From NCBI GenBank assembly GCA_002633005.1, contig NMRA01000046.1, positions 618,801 through 682,800 of the forward strand: a stretch of 64,000 bases of DNA. Direction: 5' to 3'. Positions 11,701-23,444 of this stretch are shown here, in pieces (within the stretch, counting starts at the first letter, position 1; the number at the start of each line of letters is the position of its first letter). A program made the translations under genes and the position numbers. Origin of the DNA: Phoronis australis. Its lineage: Eukaryota; Animalia; Phoronida. The notes beneath the pieces were generated by a model. The model was not told the DNA's origin and ran no database searches. It saw only the letters and a list, made by a program, of their open reading frames with translations.

Positions 11701-14700
11701 GTTACCTATTCTTTAGACAGTGAACTGTCAACTAGACAACTGGCTGAACAAAGCTTAGTTTGCTAGACTCCACTGTTTGGCCTTTGTGTGTTGTTCTGTA
11801 ACTCTGACTATTTCCCCTGCAGATGCTTTAACTGACCATCACCTGCAGTGTCCCTCAAAGCTGACTGTTAGATTGACTCCATGCGTACTACAAGGTATTT
11901 TGTGCTACTGTGAAATATGGGGGACAAGGCGAGCACCAGCTTAACACCTCAACCTTTTACTTCTCATAGCTCTTATTGTTTCATTTTAATGTTGCGTATC
12001 ATTTTAGAGTAGCTTTAATTTTTCTTTGTGTTTCTGCTCCATGCAAAATTGGCATATTTTGTTATGTTGTGTTTACTGCTTCATGTTGTACTTATTACTC
12101 CTATATGCACAAAATACATGATCAAAAATAAAACTGAATCTTCTTTCTATTTCTAGGAGAAACCGAAACAGCAGCAGCTTTGGAACCAGGAGGGATCCTG
12201 TCTAAACTTGGTTTGTATTAAGTTTTAGACTGCTTGTTTCTGGACAAAAATAGACTGTGATTTCTGTTAGTTTTGTTTCCAGAATTAGACCCGTCTCGGA
12301 TTTTTTTACTCAAAGTATAGTTACAATTTGACAGTGTTAATAAAGTCATAGCTTCGGTCCTACTTACTATTGTGTATTGTGTAGAGTGGTGAGTATTTTG
12401 ATTGGAGATCAATGTATTAGCATGTTGCTTGTTGCTTATGTACCTGTGGCTGCTGAGGTGTTTTCTGCTTTGAAAAGATCTCAACAGTATCTTGAAATAT
12501 CAAGTCAAGTCAAGTTTGCTGCCCATATACTACCCATTCATTACGGTTGTTTTTGTCTCATTGCATTCTGCAACTGCTCTTTTGTTGCAGCCCCCAAAGA
12601 GTTCAAGGTAGAGGAAGACCACAATCCTTACAAGTGTCCATTTGACAACTGTGACAAGAGCTTCAGGAAGGAGAGTCTCCTGAAGTACCACATTAAATAC
12701 TACCACATGGAGGATGGGTCACTTGTTCCCATGCCCGTGTCAAAGAAGCGCAAGCCAACCCTCAGTATGTGTAAGTGTCATGTAATTTGAGTTTGCTATT
12801 AATTAAAAGCTTAAAATATAACCAATCACTTACTTACTGCAATACTGTTCCTTGTTTTATAATTTGGGCATATTAAATAACTATTACTAAGCACTCTGGA
12901 AAATCGTTGTTATCGCCAATAGCTTGTGCTGTAATCTTTCAGGTTCAACTGACTCCGATGTGTCTGTGTGCAGTAAGAGTGGAGGATCTTCCAACATACG
13001 ACCTGCCATGAAGAAAAAGCGGGTCACATCAGCTCCAAGTGTTCTAGAGAACATTGCATGTGATAGTGTATTGTCAGACCAGGAAGAAGATACTGCAGGT
13101 CTGCTCTATCTACTGTCACTTGCATGTCTTCAAACGATTCTCATTAAACTAGCTTGTAGTCTCATATATATTTTCATGTGTGGAGTTAGGGATCACAGTG
13201 GTGGTATACTATTTTTAGGATGATCGTGATCATAGACCTTTTTTCATACTAGTATGGCTTCCCTTGTGATATCTGAGGTCTTCGTGTTGTCTTGTGCGGT
13301 TTATCACAATGCTGGGCCCATTGCACAATGTTCTTGTCTCTCTGTGTATTTTCAAGCTTCTTTGGAAATAAACTCACAACAACGTTTACAAAACTGACTT
13401 GTTGAGAGACATTTATTATTCACCGGGTTTGTTTGACATACTAAAATCTTTTTGAAGTATTGTCAACGTTCTTGGATTTTTTTCAGAAATTTAATATTTC
13501 TGTGTTGCCACTATGCTTAATTTTTATGCGCCCACATATTTATATGTGGACGCATTATGCCGTCATCTCCGTCCGTCCATCTGTCCAAGCGGCATCCGTC
13601 CGGCGTCCGTTGCTCTATCTCCAAATTCCTTTGACTTCCGCTCATGAAATTTGGCACATATGTTCCATTTATGAATGGGACGGCATGAGCGAACTTTCAG
13701 ACAGATCCGACTGCCGGTGCGCCCCCTAATGGCAATTTTAGTTTTTTACGCTTACCTTTGTATCTTCAAAAGTCCTGAACGAATTTTCATGAAGTTGGGT
13801 GTGTAGGCACCTATTAGTGAGATGACGCTATCCTCCCGTTTTTGGATGGATTCGGCGTAGTTTGCGCCACCTAGTGGCCATTTTTACTGTTTTCGAGTCT
13901 GTTTTTTTTACAGTCTGTTTTTTTTACGTCCACCCCTCTATCAACCAAACCGCTCAAAGGACGATTGTGAAAATTGACATGCATGTGCTTACTATAAAGA
14001 GGACAGTTGACGATGATTTTCCGATGATTTCGACTACTGTGGTGCCTCCTAGTGGCAGTTTTGTTTTTGTTGCGCCTATGGCTGTATCTCCTAAACCGTT
14101 CGCAGGATCTTAACTTAATTTAGCAAGTGTATTTATATGATGTTGACTACGGATGACGACGACTTTCGGACAGATCTGACTACTGCTGTGCCCCCTAGTG
14201 GCAATTTTAAGTTTTTACGTTTAACTCGGTATCTTCAAAGGTCCTCTACAGATTTTCATAAAATTTAAAATATAGCTATCTATTGGTGTGATGACGCTAT
14301 CTTCCTGTTTTTGGATGTAATCGAGGTATTTTGCACCACCTAGTGGCCATTTTTTGCTGTTTTCAAATCTTGTTTTTGGTGTCTACCCCTGTATCAACCA
14401 AATCATTTGAAAATTGGAATATATGTTCTCAGTGTGAAGATGACCTTTGATGATGTTGACTGACTACTGTGGCGCCTCCTAGTGGTAGTTTTGTTTCACG
14501 CCCATAGTTGTATCTCCTAAACCCACTGTAGGATGTTTACTAAATTTAGTAGGGGTAGTTCGGGGAAACTCGGACAGCAGTAAAATTCGGACAAGTCTAA
14601 ATGAACGTCAAATATATTAACAATCAAGATGCCTTACCACTAAATGAAAAGATCATTTATTTCTTTAAACAATAATAGGAATTTATTTATCACCTCACTT

Positions 14701-17700
14701 GAATTACAACAAAGTTTCAACAGATATGAGGCATGTTCAGCACCTTATGTCGCTCTGCCGTCTGCTTCGCGTGCTGATTTCGAAAGTTTGTGGTAGGTAC
14801 ACTGTCTTCTCCAAGGTTTATTTAGGTCTTTGGTCACTTGTCATGTAAATGAACTTGAATTTACTTGATGCATTATTCATCACTATGCAGTTTTATGTGT
14901 TAATTCCAGTAGAAAAACTTACAAAAAAGCATGATTTAATCAAAAAACCGGTGTCCGAATTTCCCCTCCAACTTTTTGTATGTTGCAGGAAATTCGGACA
15001 CCCGTGGTTTTAGGCTACTAAACGCTTTTCTTGACGTTTTCTTGAGAGATTTTCGTAGTCACGTGATGACCTTCTGTTTTAAGAGGTCAATCCAAAACTT
15101 AATTTGTCAAAGGATGATTGTGAAAATTGGCGTGTATGTGCTTACTATAAGGAAGACAGCTGACAATGATTTTCAGATGATTTGGACTACTGTGGCGCCT
15201 CCTAGTGGTAGTTTTGTTTTTTTTTTGTATCTCCCAAACTGTTTGCAGGATGTTTACTAAATTTAGCAAGTGTATTTATGTGATGTTGACAACGGACGAT
15301 GACGACTTTAGGATGATTCTGACTACCGGTATTCCTCTAGTGGCAATTTTAGTATTTGCGTCTAGTGGCAAGTTTAGTATTTTACATTGACCTCTGTATT
15401 TTCTTCAGGTGTGTACTTTGTGTTACTTCGTGACTATGAAGGAAAAGTTCCAAGTAGAAATTTGTTTCTGACATTCTAATGCTGTGCTAATCTCGTATGT
15501 TGGTAAATTTGTTTTTAATTCTATGTTTCTGTGGTGCTTTAAGCAACTGGTGTATAGGATGTGCTTGTATTATGAAGATTACTCACATTTTGCCCCTAGC
15601 CTATTGAGGAGACAAGGACCATGCCTTTCCATTTTGCAAAGTACAACATACTACATATATGCCCTCTACTGGCCACTTTATGGTACCAATAAACAACCCT
15701 AGAAGGATACCGTATGCGGTGCAATTGTGGGCGCATTTCAACGCTCTGCGTTGCTCTTGTTCTGTTTTCCTTTGTTTCTCTAAGTTCCTTGACAGATTTT
15801 TATGAAATATGGCATGTTCCTGTTTTTGAATGGATTGTATGTTTTTGCGCCTTCTAGTGGCCATTTTTATGATACAAATAAATAACCCTAAAAGCACACC
15901 ATTTGCAATGCATTTGTGGGCGCATTTCAACGCTCCGCGTTGCTCTTGTTGTGTCAAGTGTGTAGGATTATTTAGACTACTGGCAAGTCTTTATTGGCCT
16001 TTTTGATTTTCAACATTTCATTTCTTGAAATATGCTGTTGATAACGTGTACATTGTATTAGTGATAATTGTAACTGCATTACTCTTGCAGAAGCAGACAT
16101 GCAGTCAGACAGTGAACAAAGGTCAGTGAGTGCAAGTGTTCATGACGACTTTGACGAGGATAGCGACCATGACGATGAGGTGGTCAATTGTACGTGTGGT
16201 CATAATGATGAGAATGGATTGATGATTCAGGTGAGATACACTAAATGTAAATGTAACGATCTGAAAGGATTGACGATTCAGGTGCGATACACCATGTGAG
16301 TGTACTAGTGTGAAAAGATTGATGACTCAGGTGAAATAATCTATGAGAACAGATTGATGATTCAGGTGACGTGCACTGCGTGATTGTATTGCTCACCCTG
16401 CCTTCACGCTGTCTAAAGTTAATTTGCTTGGGCCACCAGTAAAGTTGTCCCAATTAACCATTTGATGGATGCTGGGATTGTTGGTAGATAAGTGGTGTTG
16501 ACATACCTTGAAGATTTATACTCAGTTCTATAATCTACTGCTTAATGCACTGTCTTCTCCCAGCTTTGTTTATTTTTGTTCTCTTATCTTCCAGTGTGAT
16601 GTTTGTTTATGTTGGCAACATGCTTCCTGCTTTGATATCACTGTTGAAACATTGCCAAAGAAGTATGTGTGCTACGTTTGCCGCAACCCACCAGGTAACT
16701 GATAGATTTGTATGCTACTGTTACATGGAAATGGTGACAAAAGTCTCTAGTTTGTTTAATTAGATTGTAGTATACTGCATTACACTGTTGATGGGCTTGC
16801 TTTGTTTCAGGACATGACCACAGCAATCAAAAATCAAAACAGTTGCTCATTGCTTTGAAGAAAATGCTTTTGATTACCAATAACATAGTCTTGAGTTTTT
16901 CCTTTGAATTATCTGTTTTATCCATTTCTTTGTGTCATAATTACCTTAAAACCACAAATTCTTGATCTCATCTGATCACCATGTTGGTGCTACCCTATTT
17001 CTCACAATACTAATAGTCATAATGCTTCCAGTGTATAAATGTGACAACCTACACAAACCAGCTTGTGCAATTGCTTCTTCAGCAGTAATCTATTATTAAT
17101 TTTTCCAAACACTTTAAGTCACTTTTGACAATGGTTTGACAAAGTTAACAATGATTTAAAGAGTATGTAATCTGACTCTGCTTTGTGTGTCTGTTGGACG
17201 TAAGAGATCAATGAGAACAGGTGTTTTGTTATCTTCACGGAAGATGTGGGGGTATAATCATGGTAGACGTCATTCCGTTCGTCCTTTCATCTTTGTAAAG
17301 ACTTGCTCTGCACTCAACTCCTATACTTCTCGTGGAATGTCACCCAAACTTTCCAAATACTATGCATATGAAGTGCAAAATTGCATATCTTTGGTGATGG
17401 TTATTTCTTTGAATTGTAGCTCATTCTTGATTTTCACATATTTACAAACTTCTACAAATCATTTGCGTAAAAAGATGAAATGAAAGAAATGCCATATTGT
17501 CAACAGTAACTTCATTTGATTCCAGTCATTTGCTTATCAGTACTTAACATGACCACCTTTGTTTTGAGAAGCATTTTTACATGATTTAACATGGACAAAT
17601 GTTTTACAATATGTCTAGATCTTGTGATCTCTGTACCAGGCCTTCATAAGTGCTTCTATCGTCTTCAGTCTAGTGGTAGTGTCATACATTCACAACCACT

Positions 17701-20700
17701 GTCTCCCAATAGACAAAAGGTTTTTGATGAAATTGATGTCTTGTGAACTTTCCGGCCAGTCAAGCACCTTAATTTCGACTTTTGGCCATGAATTTCTTCC
17801 CTTTTTTTCGCCGTGTGGCAGGGTGCCAGATTTTTTGTGGTTTTTATTTTTTACCTTTATTGAAGAAACAACAATTACAGACACACAGTCACGTACTCGT
17901 GCAAACACATACACGCACACACATACATGCAAACACACACGCACACACATACACGCACACACATACATGCAAACACACACGCGCACACCTAATCCTGCTT
18001 GCTAGTTAAAAAGTTTCAAGTTTCACCATCTCCTTTCTAAGACATCTAAATTTAAATTTTTCCGAGCACTGTATTTTTCACTCAAATAGTATTGCTGAGT
18101 GGACTTGATAAAGGTGCTCAAAAGCAGTCTTTTCGAATCAAACTTCTGACAGTATATGAACTGGAACCACTCAGCAACAAACAACATCTATGTGAGCGCA
18201 TCATGCCCTCAACTGTGTGCAGCGGTCCCAACACCCCCCTGGAGGGAGAAACACCACCAGAACATTGCTCTCTACTGTGTACAACAGTCCAACGTACTGG
18301 TAGGAGAAACACCACCAGAACAGGGCCCTCTACTGTGTGCAACAGCCCAACACCCCCTGGTAGGAGAAATATCGCCAGAACATTACTGTTGCATGGTATT
18401 TTATCATTTAGATATTATCTGTCGCATTATCTGATAATGTGACAGTCTCTCTCTGGGTTCTCTGGCATCCAGAAATGGCCCTCGTTGCTGAGTAGGACCT
18501 TGTTTTAAATTTTCTTTGTCCAGTGCTCATGTTTCTTGGCCCACGGGTGCCGATGGAACTTTATGGGAGGCTGAAATTGATGTACATGAGTCAGAAATGT
18601 GAGAGATAAAAAATGCTTCGTATATGACAGTTCTGCATTTGAGTCGCACACATTTGTATGTAAGAAAAAAAATTTCTGTTGGCAACTCCTCCATTTCATA
18701 CTGTTTTTTGACTAGTATATTGCTGTCCGTGACTGCCTTGTGACTTGAAGGTAATAAAACATGTTCTAAGGCACATCAAGGTAGTGAAATGTGTAAAAAA
18801 CATTGATGAGAATGCTCGTCAGAACATGAATTCTCATGATATATACATTAATGTACTGGTGGCCAACACAAGTGTTCTCTTTATAGGTGTGCGAGACAGT
18901 GCTCGTTATATGTATGACCAGGACTACTTTAAGTTTGGTCAGCTGACTAGGTTTAATGCAGCAGCGACAGGAAATGATGAAAAAGTGTGTAAGAGTATCC
19001 AGTCTTCACATCTATTGATGGGAGATCTCATCAATATTCAAGACGTACTGGGCAGCTTACGCAGGAAGACTCACATGCTCAAGTATGTGTCAACTCACCC
19101 CTTTCAGAGAAATACTTAAATTTGTCACACGTTATGTGGTAACAGTATTCTGCAGACTTCTTATAAGGAAACTAGGAAACAAGACTGTGAAATCTCAAAA
19201 TGTGGATGACATGTTCCATGTGAGCACTGTTATTCAAGAGGGCTGATGTTTACATTATTCTTTTGTGTGCAGTAAAATGCTCTCAATGTCACACATCAGA
19301 CCTCAGAAACAAAGTGGTTTATTCTCCTTGGGATATCATTAAGTGAGATGATCAAAGATTCAAATAACTTAAGTTTTATTCTAATTGATCATTAGCACAA
19401 GTAAGTGAATGTATATGTGTGATGTATATCAAGGACTATTTCTTCACTCTACTCAGCCTTTGGCACTTTTGAACAGGGTGTATAAATGGAACTGTGTGTC
19501 GATTTATATTACAACTTTGGTTTTATTCATACACTTTACAGTGCCCGACATGACTCCCATTGTCTTTATAATATCTGTATATTTGCAGTGAGTCTGATGA
19601 AGATGAGTTTAAAATATGGCAGACAAACTGGGACAGTTATACTGGTGCGGATGTCAGCTGTTGTGATCAGCCTATAGATGTCAGTATTGGTGATCAACAA
19701 AGCAATAATGTGGAGAACTCTGAAACAAAGCTGGAGACTGTAGATGTGAGTGGCACCTGTCACGACACATCTGACCATATTGATGTATGTGGAGAGGGAA
19801 CAGAGGAGGTGATGATAAACAAAGAAGAGATCATTGAGGAAGATGCCGTGTCCAATCCAGTCGTGAGGCCATCATCATTTGGTGTCTCTTTGGCCAGTTT
19901 ACCTGTTACTAACTCTGTATATAAACTGTCTCCGGTACCAACTCATGTGAAGGTGACAGGAAGCAGTCTGTGGACCCCTGTGGCGAGGGTGAGTGTCATG
20001 TAAGGTTAACACTAAGTGAACCTAAAGAAGACAGCTAGCATGTAATGAATGTGGTACTAACACACAAAATATAATGACTCCAGTGTGTCAAATTTAAACC
20101 TAGAAAGGATGTAGTCATGCAATCCACACTTCGCCGTACAAGTGTTGCGCATGACCACGGTTTGAAGGAGTTATTTGATTCTGATGTTTAATTGTTTGTC
20201 AAGTTCAGCAATGAAACTGAAATTTTGAAACTAATCCACTTTCCTCCATTTATTCTCAAATATAATTGGGTTATCTGGTTCTACTGAACTTTGTGTACTG
20301 CCAGGTGGTGATCACAAGTTAATTTACATATTTGCAGATTAAATTAGAAATAATTAGGAATAATAGTTTTAAGCTGGAAGGAGGCAATAATTCATTCAGT
20401 GCAAACTGGCTGTGCAAAGCAAGTTTCAACTTTATAAAACGAAGTGCGTAATTCATTGCATTTATCCAATGGCTGTGTATCTTGCAAGTTAAAATCGAGT
20501 TTTCTGCTGTTCTCTCCTCAAGAACTTTTTGTACTTTACTGCAGAACCTCAGCCAGCCTGATTTAGTTGAAGAGGGTTTGTCAGATGATATCAACAACAA
20601 TTTAGAAATAGCAGAGCAGAATCTCAGAGAACACATCCACCGACTGCAGGATAAGTTGGAAGAAAGACTTGATCTGCTTGATCAGCAAGTGACAGGTAAT

Positions 20701-21798
20701 GCAGCAATGATGGAAAATAGGCATCTTGCACGTAGCTGAAGGGGGTTACATAAGGTGCGTATGAACCCCATCGTTAATTGAGGTCTGCTGAAGGAATGAC
20801 CCATGGGGCATTAAGGTCGGTCCTTGGTGGGACATCCTTGATTCCAAGTTCATGATGTCATCGTCTGATGAATGGGTAGTGGAAAATTTGATGGCAGAGG
20901 TCAAAGCAAAAAGTCCGCTATTCATATCACACCTACCTGTTGTAGTGGCTGGTTACGGGCTTGCTTGATGTTGTTTTTGTCACATGGTATTAGTTACTGT
21001 TAATCATTTACCCCTTGTATAACTGGTCCTTTTTTCCCTCCAAGTAAAAAAATGTGCTAAATTTCCATTACAAACAAAATTTGATGGCGAATTATGTTTA
21101 AAAAATTGCTGCTCATGAATTTTGAGTTATTATTGAAATAGTCTTATCACGATCATGGTAAACTGCTTATAGTTTTGCTGAGCAGGATCGAAATGTAACT
21201 AGTTCTACCCTGAACTTTTGGATCTTGACTGAATCAGGATTTGAATCAAGTTTTAAAAAGCACAACAAAATTATTTCCGATATCTGTTCGTCTGTTTACA
21301 ACTACCTGTGGTCCATTTACATTTGGCACGTCTTTTCAATTGGTCTTTTCTCCAGCAATCTTCAGGTGTTAAGGGGCCCTAAAGGAATGAGCATGGGTGT
21401 GTGGTACACTAATGTAATGGTCAGTAATCGGCACTTTTTTAAGATTTTTTTCGTTTTCCTTGTGGTAAAGGTGCGATTTGAAGTTGGTACTTTCAATCGT
21501 CAGTCGGGTGCTCTAAACTGCTTCACCATGAAGTCCAGTGATGTTATTACCACCTCAAAGTTATGAGAAGTCAATATAACAACTTGTATTGCACATTGTT
21601 GATGTACGTGATGCCCATGTCTGCCTCTACTCTTGTTAAACTTTGTCTAAATTTGGGTTTGTTTCAGAATTGGAGACCAAATATGCCAAACCAGCTGGGA
21701 ATGACCCTTTGTCTGATTTACCAGTGGTGAAGAAGTCATTAAGGACATTCATCAGTGATCTGGACAAAGTTAGACGCATGGCTGCATTTCATTGTTAA
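2673..21798 (+). CDS. PHF20: PHD finger protein 20 / PHF20-like 1 orthologue (two Tudor/MBT domains, C2H2 zinc finger, PHD finger; NSL/MOF complex subunit)
   Basis: Phase-consistent GT-AG exons: 2673-2690 (MADSEK; tentative, otherwise start at 4116), 4116-4178, 4552-4760, 5750-5918 ([10 protein letters not shown]...[14 protein letters not shown]), 7659-7829 ([15 protein letters not shown]...FYDG), 7973-8015, 8371-8418, 9280-9446, 9669-9854, 10182-10227, 10617-10691, 11823-11894, 12157-12210, 12591-12770 ([26 protein letters not shown]), 12943-13098, 16091-16230, 16595-16694 (PHD: CTC...MIQ|[12 protein letters not shown]...YVCYVC), 18887-19082, 19589-19988, 20545-20695, 21668-21798 (TAA). The small middle exons are less certain. 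Confidence 0.92.
5985..6169. mobile_element. Palindromic MITE (TAGACC...-type termini)
   Basis: TAGACCTTATTCATGCAGTCGCCATTTTAGTAGTGAGCCTCT... mirrors ...AGAGGCTCACTTTTAAAATGGCGACTGCGTAAATAAGGTGTA over almost the whole length. Confidence 0.8.
6307..6900. mobile_element. Kolobok-like non-autonomous DNA element with long TIRs
   Basis: TTAA|GGTTATCTAGAACCTTAAT...ATTAAGGTCCTAAATAACC|TTCA, with imperfect inverted arms of ~170 bp. A TTAA target plus RR terminus is typical of Kolobok. Confidence 0.65.
10257..10562. repeat. 51-bp minisatellite, 6 copies (PHF20 intron)
   Basis: Unit TGCATACTATATTAACATAAAACTGATTGCTATGTATTATGTGTATTTCAT. It explains the repetitive ORFs 10243-10650 and 10249-10626. Confidence 0.95.
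13521..15400 (+). mobile_element. Helentron/HINE-like non-autonomous rolling-circle element with tandem core repeats, interrupted by a nested insertion at ~14551-15100
   Basis: T-run, hairpin ATGCGCCCACATAT-T-TATATGTGGACGCAT, (CCGT)n microsatellite, then repeated modules ending GCCCCCTAGTGGC. The same head occurs at 52112-52234, and related sequence lies in reverse orientation at ~54700-56530. Confidence 0.6.
16205..16372 (+). repeat. Four degenerate copies of the PHF20 exon-end / 5' splice-site motif
   Basis: GATTGATGATTCAG|GTGAG (16230), GATTGACGATTCAG|GTGCG (16281), GATTGATGACTCAG|GTGAA (16330), GATTGATGATTCAG|GTGAC (16365). Confidence 0.85.
17879..17988. repeat. (CA)n-like microsatellite
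   Basis: Interrupted CACACA/CATACA/CGCACA run. Confidence 0.9.
18205..18385. repeat. ~60-bp tandem repeat, 3 diverged copies
   Basis: CTCTACTGTGTGCAACAGCCCAACACCCCCTGGTAGGAGAAACACCACCAGAACA-like unit. Confidence 0.8.
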
Positions 21799-21971
21799 CA
21801 GTGAAATATTGATGGTCACTCTTGTGTGCTATTTTTCACAATTTGTATGAATATTGTTAATAGTGTATATTGTTGGTAATCTTCAAAAGTTCTTATGCTG
21901 GTAATATTGTAACTCTGAAGAATTTAAGCATTTAACTGTATAAATTGAGTAAACAATATGTAAATATTTTG

Positions 21972-21977
21972 AATAAA
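21972..21977 (+). terminator. Candidate poly(A) signal of PHF20
   Basis: AATAAA ~175 nt after the stop codon, followed by a GT/T-rich tract. Confidence 0.6.
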
Positions 21978-23444
21978 AACATGCTCTGTTGCTTTAATTT
22001 GTTTATTTGTATGACAACAGTATCCTATATATTAGTGTGCAAACCCCATTTTTACAACGTAAATAAACAACGAAATTACGGGATGTTAATCTAAAGAGAC
22101 AGATGGTGTACATTAGAGTGCCATAAACAGGTTTAATAATCTAAATAAGACTACATGTGAACTACTACCCTCGTCAACACAAATAAGTAGTCTATGAATA
22201 GAACCAAACATTTAGCACCATTACAAATAAAATCTGAAAATAAACAACAATAAATTAATGACCTAAGATAAATGCACCAAGGTTTTGCACTGCCCGGCAG
22301 ACTAAGCATACCATCATTTCATCAAAAATCAGTTTCATGAAGTTGGCAATGCATTTACTTATAATACAATATACTTTAGAAAATGTTTATAAACATTTTT
22401 GTTAGGCCTATTCTAATACCTACTTTCACTTTCAAGTTGTGAATGCAATTCAAGTCTGGCCAGTCTTTGAGTACCTTGCACATAATTACTTTGAAAACAG
22501 CAATCAACTTGTAATAAACTGAAATATGAACAACAAATTTAAACATCAAAGACAATACAGAAAACTTTATTGAGGAATAACATTGAAATAAATTAGCACA
22601 AATAGTATATGGAATGAACACTCGACAAGGCTCGGGGCTCAGTTGCACTTGCAAACTAGTTTTCTTAATTGCTACACAATCTATGAACACCAGTAATTCT
22701 AATGACTCGCTCAAAACGAAATCCAAGAAACGAGAACCATAGCACCTTCAGAACACACAGCACACAACTCTAGACTAGTATTCTGGGACATGCTTCAATG
22801 GACAGACTAGTTGATATTGCCTGGAGAGAAGTAATTCATTTTCTCCCTTTTCACAATTCTACTCTGGGCAAGCTGGACTCATGGGCAGCACACTTGGCTT
22901 ACTTATCCATATTCAAACTTGTTCTATACTAATTTGAGTTGACAAAATCTCACATACTTTTAATGCAAGGTAAAATGTCATGAATTATGGAAAAATAATT
23001 GCTAAAATTGCCATTTTTGTACTTTCAAGGGCTTCTCATATTCCTGTGAATGTGCTCAATTTCTCAGAACATCGTCACATGGTTGCTTAGGTACAGAATA
23101 ATAACATGGAAAGCCATTAATTGGCGCTACATATCTCATTGAAAAAATGAGAAAATAAAATCTCACTTGTCAGCCATGCCAATCTTAAATTGGCGAGGAT
23201 TTACAGTATTAATACAAAATAAGTGTGGTCAATGATCTACAACTAAAGGCACTTAAATTTTGCTGATAAGCGGAATCTTACAGACTGTTTTAACTTCAAA
23301 TTTACTGTTGATTTTTCACTGACTTCGTGCATTATCCTGAGAGAAAAATCTCATTAACCAGAAACCTTTGCAATGATTCTTGATGTGTTAGTGCTGTCTA
23401 GCAACTTTGTACTCAAATGCTGGTTATGCCATAAACTATGCTTT

